Numbered from the stretch's first letter, positions 17,149 to 25,770 are shown. The stretch is DNA of 40,000 bases from Candidatus Peregrinibacteria bacterium CG10_big_fil_rev_8_21_14_0_10_55_24 (GCA_002772745.1 PFDV01000005.1:95609-135608); one strand, 5' to 3'. Notes: generated by a model from the letters alone, not told the origin. A program made the numbers and translations.

Positions 17149-18879
17149 ATGCAGCAGACCAGCCTTCACCAAGGTTCCGGCCGGCAAGCCTGTAGCCAAT
17201 GCCAAGCGGCGTTCGAGAATACCGAGGATGACTTCACGTTCTACGAGTCTCTTGGCGTGCCCCCTCCGCGTCTCTGTCCCGAGTGCCGCTTCGTGCGGCG
17301 TCTCAACGAGCGCAACGCACGAGTGCTCTACAAGCGGAACTGCGATCTCACCGGACGTGAGATCATCTCGCCGTACCACCGGAACCATCCGTTCCCCGTG
17401 TACGCGGCCGACGTCTGGTGGGGAGACGAGTGGGATGAGCTCAGTTACGGACGGGACTTCGATTTCTCCCGGCCGTTCTTCGAACAGTTTGCAGAACTCC
17501 TCTCCGTGGTTCCGCACCAGGCGACGTTCGTCATCACGGGTACATTGCAGAACAGCGACTACACGAACTGCACGGGATACTGCAAAAACTGCTACCTGAT
17601 TGCGGAGGCGGATCACAACGAGGACTGCTACTACGGCAATCGTCTGTTCTTCAATACGAGCATGGTGGACTGTTCCAACTGCTACGAGAGCGAGCTTTGC
17701 TACGAGACGATCAACTGCATCAAGTGCTTCAATGTGCGGTTCTCAGAGTACTGCCAAACGTGCAGCGACAGCGCATTCCTCAAGAACTGCATCGGCTGCA
17801 AGAACTGCATCGGCTGCATCAACCAGCGCCAGAAGCAGTACATGATCTTCAACGAGCAGCTCGCGCAGTCCGAATTTGAAAAGCGTCTTGGTGAGATGAA
17901 GCTCGATACACAGAGTGGCATCGTCCGCATGCGTGAGCAGGTAGATGCGTTCTTCCTCACCCAGCCGCAGCGTGTGCTCCAGAACGAGCACAACCAGAAT
18001 TCCACCGGCAACCATCTCTACGATTCCAAGAATTCCGCGGAGTGCTTCGACTGCAAGGATCTGGAGGACTGCAAGTGGTGTGCCAAGGTCTTCTCGGTGC
18101 GTTCTTCGCGCGATTACACCTCATGGGGGGATACGGCGGAACTCATGTACCAGTGCGCGGCGTGCGGGGATCACTCGTACGGGCTCAAGTTCTGTTCGAC
18201 GTGCACCACGAACAACGCCAATCTGGAGTACTGCGCGCACTCTACGGGAAGTAAGGACTGCTTTGGCTGCGTAGGGCTTCGGCACAAGCAGCACTGCATC
18301 TTCAACAAGCAGTACTCGGAAGAGGAGTACAAGGAACTCAAGGCAAGGATCATCGAGCACATGCGTTCAGCCACCCTTTGCTCCTCAGGAGCTACGGAGG
18401 GGCAGGCAGGCGAATACGGGGAGTACTTCCCCAAGGAACTTTGTCCCTATGCCTACAACGAGACCATTGCCATGGAGTACTTTCCTCTTACAAAGGAGGA
18501 AGCACTTGCCAAGGGGTATCGCTGGCAGGAGCCGATTGATGAGATGCCGGATGTAGAAAAAACTGTCCCGGCTGATCGTCTCCCCGAGACCATTGCCCAG
18601 GTGCCCGACGATATCCTCAACTGGGCGGTAACGTGTCAGGAGACCAAGAGACCCTATCGCATCATGAAACGCGAGCTCGAGTTCTACCGCCAGCAGAATC
18701 TCCCTATCCCACGGCTCCATCCGGACGTGCGCCACGATCGCCGGCAGAGCAGGCGTGCGGGTGCGCATCTTTTCTCTCGAACCTGCGCCAAGTGTGGCAA
18801 GGAGATGCAGACGTCGTTCGCTCCCGATTGGCCAGAGATTGTGTACTGTGAGGAGTGCTACCTGAAAGAAGTGTACTGA
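17149..18879 (+). CDS. Cys-rich multi-zinc-ribbon protein, array paralog P1 (function unknown)
   Basis: Collinear with the other array members. Start chosen at the second ATG (MQQTSLHQGSGRQACSQC) because the upstream ATG of the track ORF (17131) is ATA in the homologous leader at 39921. The N-proximal second ribbon is degenerate (CDLTG...VYAADVWW). The C-terminus is CAKCGKEMQTSFAPDWPEIVYCEECYLKEVY, followed by a double stop TGATGA. Confidence 0.9.
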   Translation: MQQTSLHQGSGRQACSQCQAAFENTEDDFTFYESLGVPPPRLCPECRFVRRLNERNARVLYKRNCDLTGREIISPYHRNHPFPVYAADVWWGDEWDELSYGRDFDFSRPFFEQFAELLSVVPHQATFVITGTLQNSDYTNCTGYCKNCYLIAEADHNEDCYYGNRLFFNTSMVDCSNCYESELCYETINCIKCFNVRFSEYCQTCSDSAFLKNCIGCKNCIGCINQRQKQYMIFNEQLAQSEFEKRLGEMKLDTQSGIVRMREQVDAFFLTQPQRVLQNEHNQNSTGNHLYDSKNSAECFDCKDLEDCKWCAKVFSVRSSRDYTSWGDTAELMYQCAACGDHSYGLKFCSTCTTNNANLEYCAHSTGSKDCFGCVGLRHKQHCIFNKQYSEEEYKELKARIIEHMRSATLCSSGATEGQAGEYGEYFPKELCPYAYNETIAMEYFPLTKEEALAKGYRWQEPIDEMPDVEKTVPADRLPETIAQVPDDILNWAVTCQETKRPYRIMKRELEFYRQQNLPIPRLHPDVRHDRRQSRRAGAHLFSRTCAKCGKEMQTSFAPDWPEIVYCEECYLKEVY

Positions 18880-18947
18880 TGAAAGTATCGAGTATTCAGT
18901 ATCGAGTATTCAGGGATTCCCTTCATACGTAATACTCTATATACTAG
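18880..18947 (+). repeat. B-type heptamer-repeat hairpin (GTATCGA/GTATTCA units), copy B2
   Basis: AGTATCGAGTATTCAGTATCGAGTATTCAGGGA is followed by TCCCTTCATACGTAATACTCTATATACT. The arms are imperfectly complementary (GAGTATT pairs with AATACTC). Confidence 0.75.
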
Positions 18948-18952
18948 CTCCT

Positions 18953-20629
18953 GTGCAACAGACCTGTGCACAGTGCGGCTCGAACTTTGAGATCACGGAT
19001 GAGGATCTCCAATTCTACGACAAGATATCGCCTTCCTTCAATGGCAAGAAAATCACAATTACTCCTCCAACTCACTGCCCGGATTGTCGTCAGCAACGCA
19101 GAATTGCATGGAGAAATGAAAGAAAGCTATACGAACGACCTTGCGATCTTTGCAAGAAATCAATGATTGCAGCATTCAATAATGACAGCCCATATACCGT
19201 TTATTGCCATGATTGCTGGTGGTCTAATAAGTGGGATCCAACTGAGTACGGACAGGAGTATGACTTCAGCCGTACGTTCTTCGAACAATTTCAGGAACTC
19301 ATGCACAAGACTCCTAAGGCAGGGGTTTTTCAGTTAAACAATGAAAATTGCAAATACAATCAGCTTCTGGCTTTCAGTAAAAATACATACTTAAGCCCCG
19401 GCAGTTACTTGATGGAAAATTGCATTTATGTTCGAAAAGGGCAGTACTGTCGTGATTGCATTAACAGCAACGCACTCAATAAATGTGAACTTGTTGCAGA
19501 CAGTTCGAACTGTGATGGATGTAACACTGCACATCACTTAACGAATTGCCGCAGCTGCTCCTTCTCCAGCTATCTTCAGGATTGTTCTGGTTTGCAGAAT
19601 TGCTGCATGTGTTGTGGTCTAAAGAGCAAACAATATTGTTTTAAGAATGAGCAATACTCAAAAGATGAATACGAAGACATCGTGAAAGATTTAGAGAGAA
19701 AGAACACAGATGAGTTATTGAATGAATTTCTTGAATTCTGCATAACAATCCCCAAAAAAGCTCAAATTCAACTTAATAGTGAAAATTCGTCTGGCGACTA
19801 TCTTTATAATTGCCACAACGCAGCAGAATGTTTTGATTGCTTTGAGGTTGAAGATTCGAAATATATATTTGAATGCGAAGGGGTAAAAGATTCAATGGAC
19901 ATGTCTAGCCACGATAAAGATGTCGAACTCTGTTACGAGATGTCATCAGGTGGAGAAAAGAATTATCAAACGAAGTTTTGCCTTTGCTCTATCGCATCAC
20001 CAAGATCTGCATATCTGTATTCTTGCTTTTATCTGAGCGATAGCTTTGGATGTGATGGCTTTCACGAACGTGGCCAGTATTGCATCCTCAATAAACAATA
20101 CTCGAAAGAAGAATACGAAGAGCTAGTACCAAAGATCATCGAACATATGAAAAACACAGGAGAATGGGGCGAATTCTTCCCTATAACTCTCAGTCCATTT
20201 GCATACAACGAAACAATTGCACAGGACAATTTCCCAATGACAAAACAAGAAGTAAAAGCAAAGGGATGGAGATGGCTGGATGAAAAAGATGAGATATCAC
20301 AAGTGGATAAAATCATTCCTGCGGAGAAACTCCCTGATTCCATTGAGGATATTCCAGATGACATTTTGAACTGGGCCATTGAATGCAAATCAACGAAACG
20401 ACCTTACAGAGTCATCAAACAAGAACTTGAGTTCTATCGCCGGATGAAATTGCCTGTTCCAAAATTCCATCCCGATGAACGTCATCGCAGGAGGATGGAA
20501 CTGCGCAATCCCCGTAAGCTCTGGGACAGAAAATGCGACAAGTGTGGAAAAGAGATTCAGACAACGTATAGTCCGGACAGACCAGAGGTTGTCTATTGCG
20601 AAGAGTGTTATCTGAAAGAAGTGTACTGA
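18953..20629 (+). CDS. Cys-rich multi-zinc-ribbon protein, array paralog P2 (AT-rich copy)
   Basis: GTG start (MQQTCAQCGS). Both CxxC-x17-CxxC ribbons are intact (CDLC-17-CHDC and CDKC-17-CEEC). It ends CYLKEVY. GC content is much lower than in P1 or P3. Confidence 0.9.
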   Translation: MQQTCAQCGSNFEITDEDLQFYDKISPSFNGKKITITPPTHCPDCRQQRRIAWRNERKLYERPCDLCKKSMIAAFNNDSPYTVYCHDCWWSNKWDPTEYGQEYDFSRTFFEQFQELMHKTPKAGVFQLNNENCKYNQLLAFSKNTYLSPGSYLMENCIYVRKGQYCRDCINSNALNKCELVADSSNCDGCNTAHHLTNCRSCSFSSYLQDCSGLQNCCMCCGLKSKQYCFKNEQYSKDEYEDIVKDLERKNTDELLNEFLEFCITIPKKAQIQLNSENSSGDYLYNCHNAAECFDCFEVEDSKYIFECEGVKDSMDMSSHDKDVELCYEMSSGGEKNYQTKFCLCSIASPRSAYLYSCFYLSDSFGCDGFHERGQYCILNKQYSKEEYEELVPKIIEHMKNTGEWGEFFPITLSPFAYNETIAQDNFPMTKQEVKAKGWRWLDEKDEISQVDKIIPAEKLPDSIEDIPDDILNWAIECKSTKRPYRVIKQELEFYRRMKLPVPKFHPDERHRRRMELRNPRKLWDRKCDKCGKEIQTTYSPDRPEVVYCEECYLKEVY

Positions 20630-20723
20630 CGTAGTATCGAGTATGAAGTATCTGGTATCGAGTATTTGGTATAATAAGTATTTGGGGAGAGGAGTTACTT
20701 CCATACCAAATACTCTATACTAG
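20630..20723 (+). repeat. B-type hairpin, copy B3
   Basis: GGTATCGAGTATTTGGTAT (20654-20672) pairs with ATACCAAATACTCTATACT (20703-20721). The conserved leader AATACTCTATACTAGCCCCT-GTG follows. Confidence 0.75.
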
Positions 20724-20728
20724 CCCCT

Positions 20729-22420
20729 GTGCAACAGACCTGTGCACAGTGCGGCTCGAGCTTTGAGATCACGGATGATGATCTGAAGTTCTACGAGCAT
20801 GTGTCGCCTGTGTTCGGTGGGAAGAGATACTCAATCCCGTCACCCACTCGGTGCCCCGATTGTCGGCAGCAGCGACGGCTGGCAATTTGCAACGAGTTCA
20901 ATCTCTATCCAGGGAAGTGCGATCTCTGTGGCAAGGAGACCATCGTGCAATTCGAGCCGAGCGATACGCGTACCATCTACTGTCGTGATTGTTGGCATAG
21001 CGACAAATGGAATGCGTGTGATTTCGGAAGAGATATTGATTTTACTCGGCCGTTCTTTGAGCAATTCAAGGAGCTCCGTGACAGCCTCCCAGCGCAGGGG
21101 CTTGATATGCAAGGGAACGTCGTAAATTGCGATTACATTCACTACGCGGGCTCCTCAAAAAACTGCTACCTCATCATGCACGCTGATTTTTGCGAAGATT
21201 GCTACTACGGTTACGGATTCAAGAAGAACACATCCTGTGTTGACGGGTTTTACAATCTCCATTGCGAACTTAGCTACGACTGCGTCGATTGTCACAAGTG
21301 CTACCACCTTGTTGGGTCGCAGGAGTGCCTTAACTGCAATACAGGAGCTTTCCTGCGTGACTGCATTGGGTGTAACAACTGTTTTCTCTGCGTTGGCCTG
21401 CGCGAGAAGGAGTTCTGTTTTGAAAATGAGCAGCTAACGAAGGATGAGTACAAGAAGCGCATTGCCGAGATCGATTTGCGTTCGTATGCGCAGTACCAAG
21501 TGTGCAAGAAGAAACGGAGAGAGCTCGAACTTACGCATACGTTCAAGGAATTCCAGGGACATAACCTTGAGAACTGTTTAGGTAATCACCTCTACAACTG
21601 CAAGAATCTTCGGGAAAGCTTTGATTGCGAGGATGTGGAGGATGGAAAATGTTGCTACCAGGTCGTGCTTGCCGCCAAGGATGTCCACGACATCTATCAG
21701 TACGGTTCCAATCTGCAGGCTTCGTACGAGTGTGCCATTTCGGGGGAAGACAGTTTTCATCTCCGTTTCAGCTTCGGTTGTCATATGGGGTGCAGTGAAC
21801 TCATGTACTGCTTCTACATGGAGGCAAGTAGGGACTGCTTCGGGTGCGCGTACATGCAGAAGAATCACCACTGCGTCTTCAACAAGCAGTACACGAAGGA
21901 GGAGTACGATGCGCTTGTCCTCCGTTTGATTGAGCACATGAAACAAACCGGTGAGTGGGGAGAGTTCTTCCCCATGTCGCTCTCGCAATTCGGGTACAAC
22001 AAGACGTCCGCCCAGATGTATTACCCCCTAGAGAAGGATGGAGCGATGAAAATCAGTGCGGCATGGTCGGATTATGAACCGCCACCTCCCCAGGTCGCCA
22101 AAGTCATTCCTGCAGACAAATTGCCAGATAACTCCAAGGACATTCCCGATGATGTTCTCCATTGGGCAATCCAGTGTGAGGTGACAGGGAAACCGTTCAA
22201 AATCACACCGCAGGAACTCCGGTTCTACCGTCAGATGGCACTTCCTCTTCCGCGCCGTTCTTGGTACCAACGGCACCTCGATCGGTTCCACCAGCGCAAT
22301 CCCCGTACGTTGTGGGACAGAAAATGCGCCAAATGCTCTGCGTCCATCCAAACGACCTACGCTCCCGATCGTCCCGAAATTGTCTACTGTGAGGATTGTT
22401 ACCAAAAGGAAGTATACTGA
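20729..22420 (+). CDS. Cys-rich multi-zinc-ribbon protein, array paralog P3
   Basis: GTG start. The first 57 nt differ from P2 at only 3 positions. Ribbons are intact. C-terminus is CEDCYQKEVY. Confidence 0.9.
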   Translation: MQQTCAQCGSSFEITDDDLKFYEHVSPVFGGKRYSIPSPTRCPDCRQQRRLAICNEFNLYPGKCDLCGKETIVQFEPSDTRTIYCRDCWHSDKWNACDFGRDIDFTRPFFEQFKELRDSLPAQGLDMQGNVVNCDYIHYAGSSKNCYLIMHADFCEDCYYGYGFKKNTSCVDGFYNLHCELSYDCVDCHKCYHLVGSQECLNCNTGAFLRDCIGCNNCFLCVGLREKEFCFENEQLTKDEYKKRIAEIDLRSYAQYQVCKKKRRELELTHTFKEFQGHNLENCLGNHLYNCKNLRESFDCEDVEDGKCCYQVVLAAKDVHDIYQYGSNLQASYECAISGEDSFHLRFSFGCHMGCSELMYCFYMEASRDCFGCAYMQKNHHCVFNKQYTKEEYDALVLRLIEHMKQTGEWGEFFPMSLSQFGYNKTSAQMYYPLEKDGAMKISAAWSDYEPPPPQVAKVIPADKLPDNSKDIPDDVLHWAIQCEVTGKPFKITPQELRFYRQMALPLPRRSWYQRHLDRFHQRNPRTLWDRKCAKCSASIQTTYAPDRPEIVYCEDCYQKEVY

Positions 22421-22426
22421 CCCCCA

Positions 22427-24106
22427 ATGCAGAAGACCTGTACCCACTGCGGCAACATATTCGAGATAACTAATGAGGATCTCGCTTTTTACGACAAAGT
22501 GTCACCAGTGTTTCAGGGGAAAAAATATCAGGTTCCTCCACCCACCCATTGTCCAGAGTGCAGGCAGCAGCGCCGGGTTGCTCAGGCGAACCAAATTACA
22601 CTGCACGAACGAACATGCGATTTAACCGGGGCAACCATTATTTCGAATCATCGATCTGACTCACCGTTCAAAGTGTATCAACAGTCAGTATGGTTTTCGG
22701 ATCAGTGGGATCCTATGGAATATGGCAGAGATTTCGATTTCAATCGATCGTTCTTCGATCAACTTAAAGAGTTATCGTTCGTGGTTCCTCGGTATGCTGT
22801 ACAACGAGGATATGACTTCGATGAGAATGCAGACTACACAAACTATGCAGGGAAAAATAAGAATTGTTACCTTATTTTCGATTCCGATCACTGTCGAGAT
22901 TGCTATTACTCTTACAGCATAAATAGCTGCGAGAGTTGTATGGAGAGTTATCGTTTGCGCCAGTGCGAACTGTGTTACGAGTGTATTGACTGCGTTGATT
23001 GCTATAACTGTGCATTTACACAAGACAGTGAAAACTGCTCGGAGAGCACCTTCCTCAAGAACTGTATTGGATGCAAACACTGTCTCATGTGCAGCAATCT
23101 GCGCAACAAAGAATACTACGTAGAGAATAAACCTGTGACGAAAGAGCAATTCGCACAATTTCGTTCACTTCTCTCCTCGTACAGCCGCCTGCAGAATGCT
23201 CGTGAGCGTTTCGATAAGCTGAAGATTGAATATCCACAGAAATTCATGCACGGGACGCAGAATGAGAACGTGATCGGAGATTACCTCACGAACTGCAAGA
23301 ATGTGGAGCAGTGCTTCGATTGCTCAGATCTATGGGATTGCAAGTACGCGTACCAGGCATTCGATCCCCTGAAAGATGTGATGGACATTCAGGAGTGTGG
23401 TGAGGCTGAGCGGCTCTATGAGGATGCATTCGTAGGGTACAACGCTCATAACGTTCTCTTCACCACACATACGTTGGGACAAATCTCAGATATCTATTAC
23501 TCAAGTCATTCTCCCTATAATAAGAATCTTTTCGGCTGTATTGGCCTGCGTCATAAAGAGTTCTGTGTCTTAAATAAGCAGTACAGCAAAGACGACTACG
23601 AGATACTGGTTGCTAGGATCATTGAACACATGCAGAAAACGAACGAATGGGGGGAATTTTTCCCCATTGATTTTTCGTTATTCCCTTATAACGAAACAAT
23701 GGCACAGGATTACTTTCCTCTCACACAAGAGGAAGCGCAGAAGCAGGGGTTGTGGTGGGCAGAGAAGGAAGAGAGCATCTATAAGGGGCAGATTGTAAAA
23801 GAAGGGCTGCCGGATGATGTACGAGACTTTCCAGAAACGTTATGTGAAAAAATCCTTCAGTGCAAAAAAACAGGAAGGTCCTACAAAATCATTCCACAGG
23901 AACTTATCCTGTATCGCCAACTCAATCTTCCGCTCCCCAGACTCTGTTTTCAAGAACGCCACAGGAACAGAATGCTGCTGCGCAATGCGCGCGTGTTCTA
24001 CGACCGAACGTGTGACAAATGCGGTGTGAAGTTTAAGACCACCTATGCACCAGATAGACCGGAGAAGATATACTGTGAATCCTGTTATCAGACATCATTC
24101 GCATAA
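22427..24106 (+). CDS. Cys-rich multi-zinc-ribbon protein, array paralog P4 (AT-rich copy)
   Basis: ATG lies 6 nt after the P3 stop. Second ribbon is degenerate (CDLTG...VYQQSVWF). The C-terminus is divergent (CESCYQTSFA). Its stop overlaps the P5 start (TAATG). Confidence 0.9.
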   Translation: MQKTCTHCGNIFEITNEDLAFYDKVSPVFQGKKYQVPPPTHCPECRQQRRVAQANQITLHERTCDLTGATIISNHRSDSPFKVYQQSVWFSDQWDPMEYGRDFDFNRSFFDQLKELSFVVPRYAVQRGYDFDENADYTNYAGKNKNCYLIFDSDHCRDCYYSYSINSCESCMESYRLRQCELCYECIDCVDCYNCAFTQDSENCSESTFLKNCIGCKHCLMCSNLRNKEYYVENKPVTKEQFAQFRSLLSSYSRLQNARERFDKLKIEYPQKFMHGTQNENVIGDYLTNCKNVEQCFDCSDLWDCKYAYQAFDPLKDVMDIQECGEAERLYEDAFVGYNAHNVLFTTHTLGQISDIYYSSHSPYNKNLFGCIGLRHKEFCVLNKQYSKDDYEILVARIIEHMQKTNEWGEFFPIDFSLFPYNETMAQDYFPLTQEEAQKQGLWWAEKEESIYKGQIVKEGLPDDVRDFPETLCEKILQCKKTGRSYKIIPQELILYRQLNLPLPRLCFQERHRNRMLLRNARVFYDRTCDKCGVKFKTTYAPDRPEKIYCESCYQTSFA

Positions 24107-25770
24107 TGCAGAAAACCTGCGCGCAGTGTTCGGCAGCATTCGAGGTCACGGCTGACGACCAAGAATTCTACCGTAAGCTCCAGGTTCCCGAACCAACGTG
24201 GTGTCCGCAGTGCAGAGAGATGCGACGGATGGCATGGTACACCGAGCGGTATCTCTATCCCGGTCAGTGTGCGCTGTGCAAGAAGGATGTGATCTCGCAG
24301 TTTGCTCCGGGGAATCCGCGAACAAAGAACCAGTACTGCTTAGACTGCTGGTGGAGCGAGAAGTGGGATCCGCTTTCCTACGGACGCGACTACGATCCGA
24401 ACAGATCATTTCTGGAGCAGTTCCATGAACTTGAGCTTGCAGTGCCCTATGCATGTACCACGAATGACACCGTGCTGCAGAACTGCGATTACACGCACCA
24501 GACGGGCCACAGCAAGAATTGCTACCTTGTTTTCCACACGTCGTTGTGTGAGGACTGCTACTACGGTTACGGTGTGAAGAAGAGCAAGAACTGCATTGAT
24601 GTGCACTACTGCCACGAGTCGGAGCTGTGTTACGAATGCGTCGATGTCGTGAGGTGCTACGGTCTCTCTTGGTGTCAGGATTGCCACAACTGTTCCGACA
24701 GTAGATTCATCCGCGATTGCATTGGTTGCATTGAATGCTTTCTCTGTGTTGGTCTGCGCAACAAGAAGCACTGTTTCCTTAATGAGCAGTTATCACCCAA
24801 GGAGTACAAGGAGCGCATGGCTGAAGTGTCGACAGGTTCATGGTCGATGACGCAGTTGATGCTCAAGAAGTACAAGGAATTGCAACTCAAACACCACTGG
24901 AAGTGTCTGCAGACGGAAATGACTCAAAACTCAACGGGTAACTACCTCTACCGTGCGCGCGATGCACAACAGTGCTTTGATTGCAGTGACATTGAGTACT
25001 CGCAGTACTGCAGCCAGTTGCAACTCGGCACGCGGTTCTGCCGCGACATCTTCCAGTTCGGTATCGAAATTGATCTCTGCTATGACTCGACCTCAATCGG
25101 ATACAACAGCTACGACCTCGCATTCTGTCTGTCGTGCATGGAAAGCGCCGCAAGGCTCCGGTACTGCATGTACTGTTTTGGAGGAACGTCCGACTGCTTC
25201 GGGTGCGTTCAACTGCAGCGTGGGAAGTTTTGCATATTGAACAAGCAGTACAAGGAAAGCGAGTACCATGCTCTCCGCGAGAAGATCATCGAGAAGATGA
25301 CGGCAGATGGCGAGTATGGCGAGTTCTTCCCGATACGCTACTGTGCGAGCGGGTACAACGAGTCGACGGCGCAGTGGTGGTATCCGAAAACGAAAGAGGA
25401 GGCTCTGCGCAACGGCTGGCCCTGGGAGGACAACCTGCCGCGTACGGAGGGAAAGGAGACATTGGATATCGTCCCGGATCGTATCGAAGACGTTCCTGAC
25501 GATGTCATTGGAAAAATTCTGCGTTGCGAGAAGTGTTCAAGGAATTACAAAATCATTGCGCAAGAACTCGACTTCTATCGGAAGTGTTCCATTCCGCTGC
25601 CACGTCGCTGCTTCGACTGCCGTCGCATGGATCGCTTTGATCTGCGTAATCCTCGCAAGCTCTTTTCGCGTCCCTGTGCTAAATGCGGCAAGGAAATGCA
25701 GACGACCTACCAGCCTTCGCGGCCGGAGATTGTGTACTGTGAGGAGTGCTACTTGAAAGAAGTGTACTGA
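24106..25770 (+). CDS. Cys-rich multi-zinc-ribbon protein, array paralog P5
   Basis: MQKTCAQCSAAFEVTADDQEFY. Ribbons are intact, with x19 spacing in the N-proximal one. It ends CEECYLKEVY. Confidence 0.9.
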   Translation: MQKTCAQCSAAFEVTADDQEFYRKLQVPEPTWCPQCREMRRMAWYTERYLYPGQCALCKKDVISQFAPGNPRTKNQYCLDCWWSEKWDPLSYGRDYDPNRSFLEQFHELELAVPYACTTNDTVLQNCDYTHQTGHSKNCYLVFHTSLCEDCYYGYGVKKSKNCIDVHYCHESELCYECVDVVRCYGLSWCQDCHNCSDSRFIRDCIGCIECFLCVGLRNKKHCFLNEQLSPKEYKERMAEVSTGSWSMTQLMLKKYKELQLKHHWKCLQTEMTQNSTGNYLYRARDAQQCFDCSDIEYSQYCSQLQLGTRFCRDIFQFGIEIDLCYDSTSIGYNSYDLAFCLSCMESAARLRYCMYCFGGTSDCFGCVQLQRGKFCILNKQYKESEYHALREKIIEKMTADGEYGEFFPIRYCASGYNESTAQWWYPKTKEEALRNGWPWEDNLPRTEGKETLDIVPDRIEDVPDDVIGKILRCEKCSRNYKIIAQELDFYRKCSIPLPRRCFDCRRMDRFDLRNPRKLFSRPCAKCGKEMQTTYQPSRPEIVYCEECYLKEVY

